Assembly (NCBI GenBank): GCA_026770705.1
Contig: JANJGN010000013.1
Location: forward strand, 130,572,001 to 130,636,000
Reading direction: 5' to 3'
From: Isurus oxyrinchus
Taxonomy: Eukaryota
Length of the DNA: 64,000 nucleotides
Shown here one piece after another: positions 51,496 through 63,535 of the stretch; the stretch's first letter is position 1; each line of letters begins with the position of its first letter. The notes under the pieces are model-generated. The model was not told the DNA's origin and ran no database searches. It saw only the letters and a program-made list of their open reading frames with translations. The translations under genes were made by a program, and so were the position numbers.

Positions 51496-53546
51496 ATTTT
51501 TGAGCCCTTGTCTTCAATCTGCAACATAAGTGATCTAAATGCCATAGAAAAGAAATAAACTTCCATTGCCGATCAGCTATTGTTATACCACATGTACCAG
51601 TTTGGGCTTGGTTCCTCCTTGGAGTGGCAGCATAGCAGGCATGATCGATTGTTGTAACTCCTGCATCTGCCCTGGACCAAGGAAAATTGCAGCTCACACA
51701 TGTGCAAGTGTTACTCACTAATTGGTTAAAAGTTTCAAGTTAACAAAAACAACCGAGACTTTGCTAAATTTGAAAAGAAAAGAAGTTAAGTTTGAAAAAT
51801 GTTGATCTTGCATCAATTGTCTCTGTTTTATTTGGGAAACTTTCACATTAATTATATTATTACAGCCTGTATCAAAATTGCTTTGTGTCAACAGGAAACA
51901 ATATGAACACAGGAATATTGGATGGACACTCCCAGACTTCCTGCACTGATCCCCAATGATAAATCAGATAATTTGCTATGTTGTGAAGACCATCATATAC
52001 AATGAAATAATTCAGCTGCTAAAACAAAGCTGTGATCTTTTAGTGACACCAAGTCTAATTAACAGTATGTAAACATTAGGCATTGTGAGGATGTAATTGT
52101 TTTTCAGGTTTTCAGTTCACAACTTTTTTTAAAACTGTTTTAGCAAGGTCACTCAGTAGTTACAGATAATCTGGCTCCTTTGTCAAATTACGACCTGTGG
52201 TTCTTAAAACTTTTCTTTTTGAAGTGTGATTGAAATTTGAAAGTGCCACTTGCAAAATGACAATCAGAAAGTGTATTTTTAAATTGTTTATCAAATGTAT
52301 AAAGCATGTTTTATTGCATTGAAAATTGTATACTATGAGTTGAATATAGTATTGAGTTGACTCAGCTGCTAAACCTTTAACTCTTGCTCCACAGGCTGTG
52401 GGATCAAGGCCCACACCAGGAATTGAGCACATGGTCTAGGCTGATATTCCAGGATTGACACAGGTGCTGTCCTTCAGATATAAAACTGATGTCCCGGTCA
52501 GATGGGGTTAAAAAGACATGTCATGTAATGTAATGTAACATGTAATGAAAATATATCTGGTTTGATATACTTGAAAGACTGAGATATTAATAGGCCCAAA
52601 GCACCTTCTTCATTTGAACATACCTTCTGATCTCAATTTTGTCATCAATGCTGTTTCGGGGAGGGAAATATTTTTAAATTGTATGCACTTGTGTAGTTTG
52701 AATGTGGACCCATTAGAAAGTGGATTGATGATGCCCAATTTGCACCTCACTTAAGACCCTTGCAGCTGAAGAGACTTCCAACCAATCAGTGTATGTTGGA
52801 TTCAAATCCAAATTCCAGAGTTTAAAATACCACATGCAAATTTATCATGCCACTCAAACCTTTAATGTTTGACATTTCTATTGCTTGCGTGCCAAACATT
52901 TTTAAGAGCTAATACTTTAGAACTCTAAATGCCTTCATAATTACTGTACATGATGCACACAGCTTTAATCTGCAGCATTTTAATCACCTAAATTAAGAAT
53001 TGTAATTAACAGCTCCAACACTCCCCTGGAAAAGAGCCATGGTGCAAGTTCCACAACATCTAAATATATTAACTACTAAGTTCCTCATTAATTACTGTAT
53101 GTAAATTATGAGTTCTCCATTTTCATGGTTTGTCTGTCATGACATCTGTGCCACAAATATAACTTTGTACCTTTAAAGGTAGGAAAACATCCCAGGTCAC
53201 TTCACAGGAACATAATAAGTTCGCACCAAGTCAAAGAAGGAGATGTTAGGATAGGTGACCACTGTTGTTTTAAGAGAAGTCTTAAATGAGGAGAAATGGA
53301 TGAAGAGAGATGGAAAGGTTTTGGGAGGAAATTTGGGAATTTATAGCCTTGACGGTGAATGATTGCCAATGATAATTTGAAGGAAGTGGGGGCGACAGAC
53401 TAAAGAGTTGGAGGAACACAGAGTTTTTGGAGGGTTGCAGGATAGGAGGAGAGATAGGGAAGGGTGAGGCCATGTAAGATTTTAAACACAAGGATAAGAA
53501 TTTTAAAATTGAAGCGTTGGAGGACCAGGAACAAGTATAGATCAGC

Positions 53547-53902
53547 AAAACAAAAACAGAATTACCTGGAAAATCTCAGCAGGTCTGGCAGCATCGGCGG
53601 AGAAGAAAAAAGTTGACGTTTCGAGTCCTCATGACCCTTTGACAGAACTGAATTTGATTTGGTTGACCACACTATCCACTTCCATTGTCCCATTGAGTGG
53701 GACTGCCTTTGCCTCATTCCACTCTTAATTATCCAGTCATAGCCTAAGAATCTCCTGAAGTTCTGTCGAAGGGTCATGAGGACTCGAAACGTCAACTCTT
53801 TTCTTCTCCGCCGATGCTGCCAGACCTGCTGAGTTTTTCCAGGTAATTCTGTTTTTGTTTTGGATTTCCAGCATCCGCAGTTTTTTTTTGTTTTTTTGTT
53901 TT
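53547..53902. mobile_element. Composite insertion: inverted PLE end + 110-bp captured local DNA + PLE end, 14-bp TSD
   Basis: TSD TATAGATCAGCAAA at 53536-53549 and 53903-53916; arms 53547-53649 and 53759-53861 differ at 3 sites; 53652-53761 is the exact reverse complement of 54556-54665. Confidence 0.93.
53759..53797 (+). ncRNA. Minimal type-I hammerhead ribozyme-like motif (variant core CUGUCGA)
   Basis: AGUU-CUGUCGA-A-GGGUC-AUGAG-GACUC-GAAAC-GUC^AACU: 4-bp helix I, 5-bp helix II, loopless palindromic helix III (ACGU), GUC cleavage triplet. Confidence 0.65.
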
Positions 53903-55079
53903 TATAGATCAGCAAACACCGGTGAGACAGGTGATCAGGACTTAGAATATGGGCAACATAGTTTTGGAATAGCACAGGTTTATGTAGGGAGGGAGATGGG
54001 AGGGTATCCAGGAGAACATCATTAATAGGATTCATATCTGGAGGCAACTAAATCATGGATGAGGTTTTCAGTAATAGATAAGCTGAGGCAGGGGCAGAGA
54101 TGAGTGATGTACGGAGGTGAAAGTAGTCGATCTTTGTGATTCAGAGGATATGGGATTGGAAGCTCAGCTCAGGGTCAGATAGGATGACAAGGTTGTGAAT
54201 AGTCAAGTTCAACCTAAGACAATGGCCAAAGAGGGTTGGAATCAGTGCAAGGGAACAGAGTTTGTGGAAGGGGCTGAAGATAATGACTTTGGTCTTGCCA
54301 ATGTTTAATTGGAGTAAATTACAGCTCATCCAGAATGGGATGTTGGACAAGTAATCTGATAAAACAGAGGCAGTGGAGGCTTCGAGAGAGATGGTTGTGA
54401 GGGGGAACTGTGTGTCATCAGTGCACATGTGAAACCTAATGTCATGACTTCAAAGATATTGCCGAGGTACAGCATGTCAGTGAGGAACAGGAGCAGGATA
54501 AAGATTGATCCTTTCAGGAGTCCGGGTGTAGCAGTGCAGGACAGTAAGAGAAGCCACTTCAGGAGATTCTTAGGCTATGACTGGATAATTAAGAGTGGAA
54601 TGAGGCAAAGGCAGTCCCACTCAATGGGACAATGGAAGTGGATAGTGTGGTCAACCAAATCAAATGCTGCAGAGAGTTCAGAAATATGCACCGTGGTTGC
54701 AGTCACAGAGGAACTCATTTGTGACTTTGATTAGAGTAATTTTCAGTACTGTAGCAGGAGCAAAAACCTGATAATTGAAGAGATAATTGATAATTCCTGT
54801 GGGAAGGATGGACTCGGATTTTGGAGGCAACACAGTCAAGGGCCTTTGGAAAAGGAGATTAGGGATGGGAGAGTGGGGTGCAAGGAGAGAGGGGGTCCAG
54901 GGTAGTCCTTTGAGGAGGGGGTTGTTGATGGAAAATTTTGAAGTGTGGGGGGGACAGCTCCTTAGGAGAGGGAAGAATTCCAAATCAGCTATCATAGGTC
55001 CCAGGAAAGGATGTTGGATGCCAAGGATTTTGAACTTTTTGAACACAGACTTTTTGGTGCCTGTCCATAAGGAAGACTA

Positions 55080-55420
55080 AGTAAGGCTTATGGGCCAGTA
55101 ACTGTCAGAGTTATAGGGAACAATTTTTCCTTCCAGCAGAGAAATCCAGTGTACAGGGATATAATAAAATTAGGAAGTGATTCCAGGAATAATTATTACA
55201 CGTAAAGAATAGTCAGGATGTGGCATGCACGTAAGGCCACAGATTCAGAATCAATTGAGGTGTTTAAAAGTACAGATAGATACCTGAAAATAAGGGAGTT
55301 AAAAGCTTGAAGAAAAGATAGAAAATTGGGTCTAAGTAGCTAAAATGGATAAAGCTTTAAAAAAAATTAGCAGGGACAGTTTGCCGGATAAATGACCTAT
55401 ACCTGTTCCTGTGTGAGTTA
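55080..55420 (+). mobile_element. Old CR1 3' fragment
   Basis: Degenerate gaatagtcaggatgtggcatgcac...gccggataaatgacctatacctgttcc. Confidence 0.5.
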
Positions 55421-55729
55421 GTTGATTAATTTCTTACCTTATTGTCAAGCCTCTTGGAACATTGCATACGGCAATTTGCATGATTATAAGATTAGTCTCT
55501 GAGGTGCAAAAACTCACTGATAATCTCCCAGTGGACTAGGCATTAATTTGAGAAAAGCAAATAGATGGCATTGTGCACTCTGTAAAGCTATCGTGGAAGA
55601 ATCTACAGAATTCAATATGAGCAAGGTCCAAAGAAAACACCCTTCCGACAGTGAAGTGAAGAACAAACCACCCTTCCTTGTAGCAAGTCACCTAATGGTT
55701 GAAAAAACATATTGAAGGGAGATTATAGG

Positions 55730-57100
55730 TCAGAATTTTTTAAGATGGAGGAATTTTAATGCAGGCTTGAAAATGTTCAAATTGAGGCATTGTTAATCAA
55801 TGTAACCAATGTAGGTCAGTGAGCACATTGGAGTGAGGGAGGGTGGGGTGGATGGAGACAGGGCGATGATGGGTGAAAGTGACTTGGTGCAAGTTAGGGT
55901 GCAGGCGGCAGAAATTTGGAAGAGCTCAAGTTTGTGCAGGGTGGAAGTTTGGAGGCTGACCAGGAGAGCCAAGATTTGGCAAGTCCAGAGGTAACAAAAT
56001 TATGGTTGAGCACCAGATAAGATGTTGTAGGGGGCAGAGTTATACAAAGTTATAGAGGTGGAAGCTGGCTTTCTTGCTAACAGAGTGGATATGTAGTCAG
56101 AAGCTTATCTTGGTGTCAAATGCAACACCAACATTATGAACTGTTGAGTTCAGTCTCAGAGAGTCACCATGGAGAGTGTTAGATCTAATAGCTAGGGGAC
56201 AGTTTGTCGCAGAGACTGAAGAAAATGGCTTCAGTCTTCCCAGTACTTAGTTGGAGGAAACCTCTGCTCATCCAGTACCGGATGTCAGATGAGCAGTCTG
56301 ACAAAACAGAGGAGGAGTCAGGAAATGGTGATGAGGTAGAACTGGGTGTTGTCAGTATACACGAAGCTGACATGTTTTTTGGATGATGTTGTCAAGGGGC
56401 AGCATATAGATAAGAAATAGGAGGGTGTCAATAATAGTTTCTTGGGGATTTTGGAAGTAGCTGTGCTTGAGCAGGAAGAGAAACCATTGCGTGTGGCTGT
56501 CTGGTTATGGCTGGATAGATAAACATGGAACCAGTAAGTGCATTCCCAATAAACTACTGGATGATACAGGAAAGGCATTGGAGGAAGATAGTGTGGTCCA
56601 CTCAGCTCGAGGAAGGCGGGAAAGCAGCAAAGGCAGCTGAACAGATGCCCTCAGTCTCATTAACAAATTCTCAGTAATAAAGAAGTCCAGGAACTCCACG
56701 CACTTGTTGGAAGTGAGTTTGGAGGAGGTGGGGGAGTGGGGTTATTAATGGAGAAGAGAAGCCCAAAGTCATCTTTGTATTCCAGAATGATCCTGGAACA
56801 GTGAACAGTTTTGGAAGAGGATATCAGGATCTGATTGTGCTTTATGTGTTTCAGCCAGATCTGCACTGAATGGCAAAACCAGTGGTCAACACTCATGTCT
56901 GTAGCCCTTGAATTTAAGGAAGTAGAGATGAGGGCCACACCAGGCTAATGACAAGGGCGGGAGAGTATAATGGCTTTAATAAAGACAAGGGCATCAAAGG
57001 CAAAACTGAAGATGTGATTGGGCAGATTGGTAACTGGAGAAATGGTCACAATGATTGGAGAGACAAAAGCTAGACACTCAGTTTATTTTAAAGTGCAGTT
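55730..57100 (-). mobile_element. L2 LINE fragment
   Basis: Minus strand VLSDCSSDIRYWMSRGFLQLSTGKTEAIFF; YTDNTQFYL; WFHVYLS. Confidence 0.8.
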
Positions 57101-58136
57101 GTAAATCACTTGGGGAAGAGTTTGTCCCCTGGACAGACACAGAAGGAAGGAGGAGGGGGTTGTGAGGAGGTTGTCAGCTAATCATTCATGTTTTTAAAAA
57201 ATCATAAATAAGGGAGGTTATAGATCATGAGTTTTTAAAAGTGGGACATTACACAAATGTTTGCAAATTGACTGTGTGTGAGGAAACCCAGGTTTTCTAA
57301 CCACTGTAACCTCCAAGGAAGGTCACAATTTCTAGGCCTCAACTGAACATCTCATCTGAAAGATGGCAGCTTCCCTCAGAAATATGTTTTGGGATCTACT
57401 TTGCCCTTCTTATTCAAGATATTTTCATTTCATATTTTAGACTGCTGTCATAGATGAATCCTAGTCCCTCGTGGCATAAAGAATTTCTGCACTGGCTTTG
57501 ATATCTACATAAGTTTTGATAGCATGTCTGCGATAATGAACAGAAAACCTTTCTTCAGATTTTGTTGGCTAGTGGACTTGTCCTGTGCCTCCATTAAATG
57601 TGTCTCACATCATCTGAGAAACAGTAAAACTTCCCAACAACTTTCCAACTTTAGCTGACAAATAAACGTAATAGAAATGAGGTTACAACCAAATAAATAG
57701 CAGCAACATAATATATATTTACAATAGAATATGTTAACTCTTCAAAGTAAGGAAGGTAATAAATGGTTTTTAACTTTGTATCAAACAATATTTCAATTAC
57801 TATTTTATCTGGATAATTTTTTTAATATTCCTAACATCTGCTGAAGCTAACTGGATTAGTTGCTTAGAAAGTTAAGAGTAAAAAAAAACGGATTATCTGG
57901 TCATTATCGCATTGCTGTTTATGGGAACTTGCTGTTTATAAATTTTTGCTGCTGTGTTTTCTACATTACAACAGTGACTACACCTGAAAACAAGAGCTGT
58001 GGGACACCCTGAGGTTATAAAAGCGTCTATATGAATTCATTAACCACTCTGACTAGTTTCTTTGAAATTTGCACACTGATCCAACCTGTTGAACAGTTAC
58101 TGGGGACATGGGTTTGAATATCTGTTTGCTAAATTC

Positions 58137-58432
58137 TGTTACGGCTGGGATGGGAGGAGTGCGCAGCTTATTTAGCCCTACTACGCCACAGAATTAGTTT
58201 AAATGGTTAATTCACTCACCAAAATGGCCAATTAATTATCTTCACTATGTTCAACCCAGAATAAATGAAACTTTAAGCAGGCTTCTTTCAATAAACTCAG
58301 AATGATTGATTTATTATAAAACAAAGCTTCTTTTTTAAAACAGGTTGCAAGAACTGGTAAACACACAATTTGTAACTCGTAAGTGTAACCATCCATCCCT
58401 CTTAAAATTCCCTAGCGCAAGCATGCATGCGT

Positions 58433-58471
<39 letters not shown>

Positions 58472-59097
58472 GAGACAAACAAATAGGGTCTCTGCAGAGA
58501 TGGCAGTTGAAGAAAAAACTTTATAAAACTTGAAGTTTGCGACGGTTTGACACTGTCGATCTGGTGCTCCCTCATGTGACAATGGGTCACTAGGCCCTGT
58601 AGATGCCTGGAAGCTCTCATCAATGGAGCTTCAGTGTGGTGGAGAGTAGGGCCGGATCAGTCTTTCTCGCCTCAGCCTCTCAGGTTTCCAAATACAGACA
58701 AGTTCCCCTGAGATTAGGATTCCTAGCTGGATACTGATACCCACACTATTTCAAGCAAGGCAAGGAGAGTGTGAGTTGGGCAGCTTTCCCCCTTTTTAGT
58801 TCATTCCCAACGGAGCTCAAAACAACTAGTTCAAAACATAAATCTCCTCTATCTGGTGATTTCCAGTAAATCACCAGGCCTTTGCCCTTAACACAGTTTT
58901 TTTCCCCATTAATTAAAGTGATTGCAGTTCAAATAAACAAATAGCTCTCCTCCACAATTGCCAGGCATGCTTTGTTCATTCCAAGTTGAATTTATGACTT
59001 TTTTTAGAAAAATCCAAGTCAGCTCCCAAGTCCAAATAATGCAATGTTCGTCCAAATTTTAAAAGAAAATATAGTTCTTGTAGATATGGTTCTAACA
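58137..59097 (-). mobile_element. Solo LTR (961 bp) with 4-bp TSD
   Basis: Termini TGTTA...TAACA flanked by ATTC at 58133-58136 and 59098-59101; TTTATT inside. Confidence 0.85.
58434..58469. repeat. (CA)n microsatellite within the LTR
   Basis: Seen directly. Confidence 0.95.
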
Positions 59098-59839
59098 ATT
59101 CAAATAGGAGCTGCTACTCGTGCACATAATTGAACAAATCTCACAATACGTTTAGTTTTTATTTTTAATTGAATGTGCTTCTTTCTCAGAAAAAAAGAAC
59201 CCAAAGCAAACTGCACTCACACCTTCAGTATAATTCAACAAAAGGTCAGGAACATGATAATAAACATAGCTGAGTTTTAACTTCCTATTCATTGTCACTT
59301 TTATTCTTCATCTAGTTTTAGCTTGGTAGTGGCTTCACTTTTGTCTCTGTAATCTTTTCGGGAACAGTGCATCTTGTTGCAAAGTTTTCACTATAATCAC
59401 ACACAGCCTGTGATTTTCTCAGTAATGCCAGGTCACACATGGCAGCTAGTAGTAAGAGATCTGTTCAAATGGATAGGGTGTAATTACTTATGAGAGACTA
59501 CTTTTCAAGATTTGTTGAAACTGTAAATTCATCACCTAGAGACTGTAACTGTTTTGCTAGCTTTGATTGTATGGTGTAGTGGTTTATCGCTGGGTGTTGC
59601 CTGTTCAGTTGACGTGAGAAGCCTAATGTAGCACCCGAGGCAGTAATTTCCTTGTGTGAATGTGTGCTATCAGTTGGGGAGGTTGAGGGTGGTCTCTGGT
59701 AATTGCCTGGTTTCTTCTACTTCCCTGCTCTCTCCATTTTGGATGTGGGAAAATTGTTTTAATATGAAATAAAAGACACAAGACTTGCATTTGTATGGTG
59801 CCTTTCGTCATTCCAGGACATCCCAAGGCACATTTTTTA

Positions 59840-60510
59840 AAATTTATTCTTGCATGGGATGTAGGCAGGGCCAGCAATTATTGCCCATCTCTAATTGCCC
59901 TTGAGAAGGTGGTGGTAAGTTGCCTACTTGAACCACTTCAGTCCATGTAGTGTAGGTACACACACAGTGCTATTAGGGAGGGAGTTCCAGGATTTTGACC
60001 CAGTGACGGTGAAGGAATGATGATGTAGTTCCAAGTCAGGATAGTGTGTGACTAAGGGGGTATCTTCCAGGTGATGGCGTTCCCATGCATCTGCTGCCTT
60101 CATCCTTCTAGATGGTAGACGTCATGGGATTTGGAGGTGCTGTCGAAGGAGCCTTAGCAAGTTGCAGTACATCTTGTAGATTGTACACACTGCTGCAATT
60201 GTGCGTCGGTGGTGGAGGGGGTGAATGTTTAAGGTGGTGGATGGGGTGCTAATCATGGAGGCTGCTTTGTCCTGGATAGTGTCAAACTTCTCGTGTGTTG
60301 TTGGAGCTGCACTCATCCAGGCAAGTGAAGAGTATTCCATCACACTCCTGACTTGTGCCTTATAGATGGTGGACGGGATTTGGGGGGATCAGGAGGTGAG
60401 TTAATAGCTGCAGAATTCCCAGCCTCTGACCTGCTCTTGTAGCCACGGTATTTATATGGCTGATCCAGTTCAGTTTCTGGTCAATGGTAACTCCCAAGAT
60501 GTTGATAGTG
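59840..60510 (-). mobile_element. CR1/L2-group LINE 3' part
   Basis: Minus strand MEYSSLAWMSAAPTTHEKFDTIQDKAA; reverse complement of ~20330-20995. Confidence 0.88.
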
Positions 60511-60519
60511 ATACTTCAC

Positions 60520-60825
60520 GGACAAGGAAGTATTTCTAAAGTATAGTCGCTATTGCAACCTAGGAAATATCACTGCCAGTTTTCCCCTCAAACAATAATG
60601 TGATAATCTTTCCTTTAGTAATATTGATTGTAGGATAATATTGGCTAGGACACCCTCTTGTTCTTCATCAAGATAATGCTGTGGAGCTTTTTACATCTGG
60701 AAGGCAGAGCCCTCTCCATATACTGGAGAATTCAACTTAGATTTTTGTGCTCAATTATCTGGAATAGGACTTGAACTCACACCCTTCTAACTTAGAGACA
60801 AGAGTGTAACCAACTCAGCCACAGC
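60520..60825 (-). mobile_element. Degenerate Deu-domain SINE
   Basis: Reverse tRNA head ggacttgaactcac...aaccaactcagccacagct; reverse tail gaagtatttctaaagtatagtcgctattgcaa. Confidence 0.6.
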
Positions 60826-62549
60826 TAGTGGCAGTTTTGGACCTGAAGAAATGCATAGGTTTTGAAGCCTAGGAAAAGACCTGAAGCCTGACAGCTCCCA
60901 AAGGAGGAAATTAGTCAACAGTGCTTGAAGGTACACATTATAATAGCTCCATCCTTAGCATCATAGTAGTTTATAACAGTAGCATTGATATCATTGCACA
61001 AGCTGAAGTGACAAACTAAGGTGCACTGAATTATGTGTAGCTGCTGGCACTATAAGAGTTAACATTTTGTTATGCATCCTCTGCCAGAGTACGACAACGA
61101 TAGGAAGCCGGACTGCCACTGAGACAAATGATTAAAATATAGTGTTCCCACAGCATAAGCAGAGGATTTTCTGGGGACTGGAGTAGGAGATTAGCTCCCA
61201 GCTCCTGGTCCTGAATAAATCATGCAAACAAGAAGCTGTTCAATAGCAGGAAGGAATGCAATGGTCTCTGTCTTCACGCAAATGGAATAAATGATAAATG
61301 TTTCTACTGGTGGGACTGGCCATGTGTCATTCACGGCTTTATCAGTGCGCACTCATCAGGTCGGACTCACTGTGGAGATATTTATCAAGTGTCACAAATG
61401 TCCTTGACATTCATTCTTCATTCATTCATTCATAAATTCATCAATTGTGTTGACTCATTCTTTCTCACTCTCTGTGTCTATGTGTATTTGTAGATGTAAA
61501 TTTGTCCCCACTGAAAGTCATACATTTTTCCTTATTTCTACATAACTCTTTGGCTACGTAACTATAAATTATAATTAAAAATAAATCTATGGCAATTTGG
61601 GACCAGAGTGGTAGAGTTGGTTGCAGCAGAGAAATCTGCAGTACAGGTTGAGGAGATGGGAGCTGCCACACTGGAGTACTAAAGTGCCACCACTGGCAGG
61701 AGGGTGAAAGTGCAGTGTGACAAGTTTACATTTGGAAATTTCTATTATAAATGTGCATATTAGAATTTCTATTGAAAAAGATGATGATAGGAAGCGTGTG
61801 CATATGTAAAATTGTTCATACGTTATGGGTATGAACTGTTTGTTCACAGATCTGTGGCAGTGCCTATTGTAAGTCGGAAGAAATACTTTTTTTTAATAGC
61901 AATGGACGTGTAATGAACAAACTGTGATGGAAAATGGTAGTGAGGAAGTGTTATTGTTAACATGTAAGATATTTACAGAATGCATGTTTCCTGCATTGCA
62001 ACAGTGACTACACTACAGAAGTACTTCATTGCTGTAAGCATTTTAGAATGTAATGTGATCTTGAAAATACCACGTAAATGTTATATAATTTCTTATTTAT
62101 ATCTAGATCTATATAAATATATATTGCCTATGCACAGAGCTAGATTTTTTCAAATTTAATTCTGGGTGCATTTTGTATCTTATTATTAAAAGTTCGGTAC
62201 TTCCAATCTCATGCATTTTGAGCGTCGTAGACTCTTAAGTCAGGTAGCTACAGTGTTCACATTTATTTTATGGGTTTGGAGTTGTGGCTTATATATTCAG
62301 AGTTCCAATTAGAAGTTTCAACTGAAGCAAAAATGTTGTTGCCTGAATGGAATCCTTTTTCTTAATTCTTGTTATTAATGTCCCTTTTCAGAAAGGGATC
62401 AGTAATCTGGGAAACTCCAGTGGCACACAGAATTAGGGTAGCCTAATTCTAGCTCAGTCAATCAGAAATGTATGAATTTTGGAAGAGAAGTACAGATTAA
62501 CCAAATCATGTTCTATCCTTAATTTTTGGATTTTTCTGCAATGGTGATT

Positions 62550-63535
62550 GGGTCACTAACTCTGGTTGGATGTACTCCTGGAGGTTTCATAACACAAATT
62601 CCTGTCTTTAACGTGCACTGCCCCCACCATTGGTCTCCCACATAACCAACACCCTTCCGTGTCAACTGGATGGCAAACTGGCTCTCACTCAACAGATTTG
62701 GGTTATCCTTGACGGTCAGTCAAACTACCTTTTTAACACATCTGCAATATTTTTACAACTAAGAAATGAAAGTGTTCAAAGAAAATTAAATTAGATTTTT
62801 TTTTAATGTCCCTACGTTCAGCATCTTTAATTCTTGGGGATTCCAGGACAACCCTGGAGAGTTAGCAAATGGGGACCTTTGCAAATATTCACACATTCCC
62901 AGGAAGGGGCCTTTATCATAGATTGTGAAAGGCAAGGTTAATTAACTAAGGGACTTTGTCACTGTGACAGAAACCATTTATTTTTTGTGTACAGCAATAG
63001 AAATAAGTCAACAAATATAGAAATCTGAGCACTTTGTAGATCTACTGGCATCTGGGAGTATAAAAACATATGCCTTACTACAATAGGAGCTCTGATGAAA
63101 GGCCATCGACTTGAAACGTTAACTCTTGTTTCACTCTCCACAGGTGCTGCCTGGCCTGCTGGAGATCTCCAGCATTTTCTGATTTTATTTCAGTTTTCAG
63201 CATTTTGCTTTTGGGTTAATTTGGGTTGACTGGAGTCTCCAGGAATTTAAGACGTTGCTGCGAGCAGCCCAGGAAAGAATTATACGGGCAACAATTATTT
63301 TTTATTTTCTTTGAGCTGTCTTGTCTATTTGTTATAAAGATAGCAGATATGGAATGCAGGGCTGCTTGACCGACAGTCTGGAATCATCCAATCAGGTAAG
63401 AAAGAGTCCAATTCACTTTCCAATTGGAGTGGGGACCATGAGGTTTGACATGTTAGGTAAGCAATCATGGGATTGTGGGGGAGGGCCAATCAATTAATGG
63501 CACAGCCAGGATTATGTCCAGCCAGAATTGGTACC
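62550..63535. mobile_element. Two oppositely oriented old copies of a MITE-like repeat (62550-62870 and 63222-63535)
   Basis: Degenerate reverse complementarity (tctttaattcttggggattccag / ctggagtctccaggaatttaaga; gacggtcagtcaaactacc / gctgcttgaccgacagtc). Confidence 0.5.
63087..63125 (+). ncRNA. Minimal hammerhead ribozyme-like motif (canonical CUGAUGA core) in a PLE end extending to ~63215
   Basis: GAGCU-CUGAUGA-A-AGGCC-AUC-GACUU-GAAAC-GUU-AACUC followed by the family tail. Confidence 0.6.

Larger units (their letters stand above)
53170..55030 (-). mobile_element. L2 LINE fragment (RT C-terminal region), host of the composite insertion at 53547-53902
   Basis: Minus strand CTDDTQF...LSDYLSNIPFWMSCNLLQLNIGKTKVIIF; TLIKVTNEFLCD (L2 RT motifs). 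Confidence 0.85.

Noticed and set aside
53562-54734. Two ORFs sharing the identical peptide FRRFLGYDWIIKSGMRQRQSHSMGQWKWIVWSTKSN
   Set aside because: Not genes: a by-product of the 110-bp inverted duplication, read antisense to L2.
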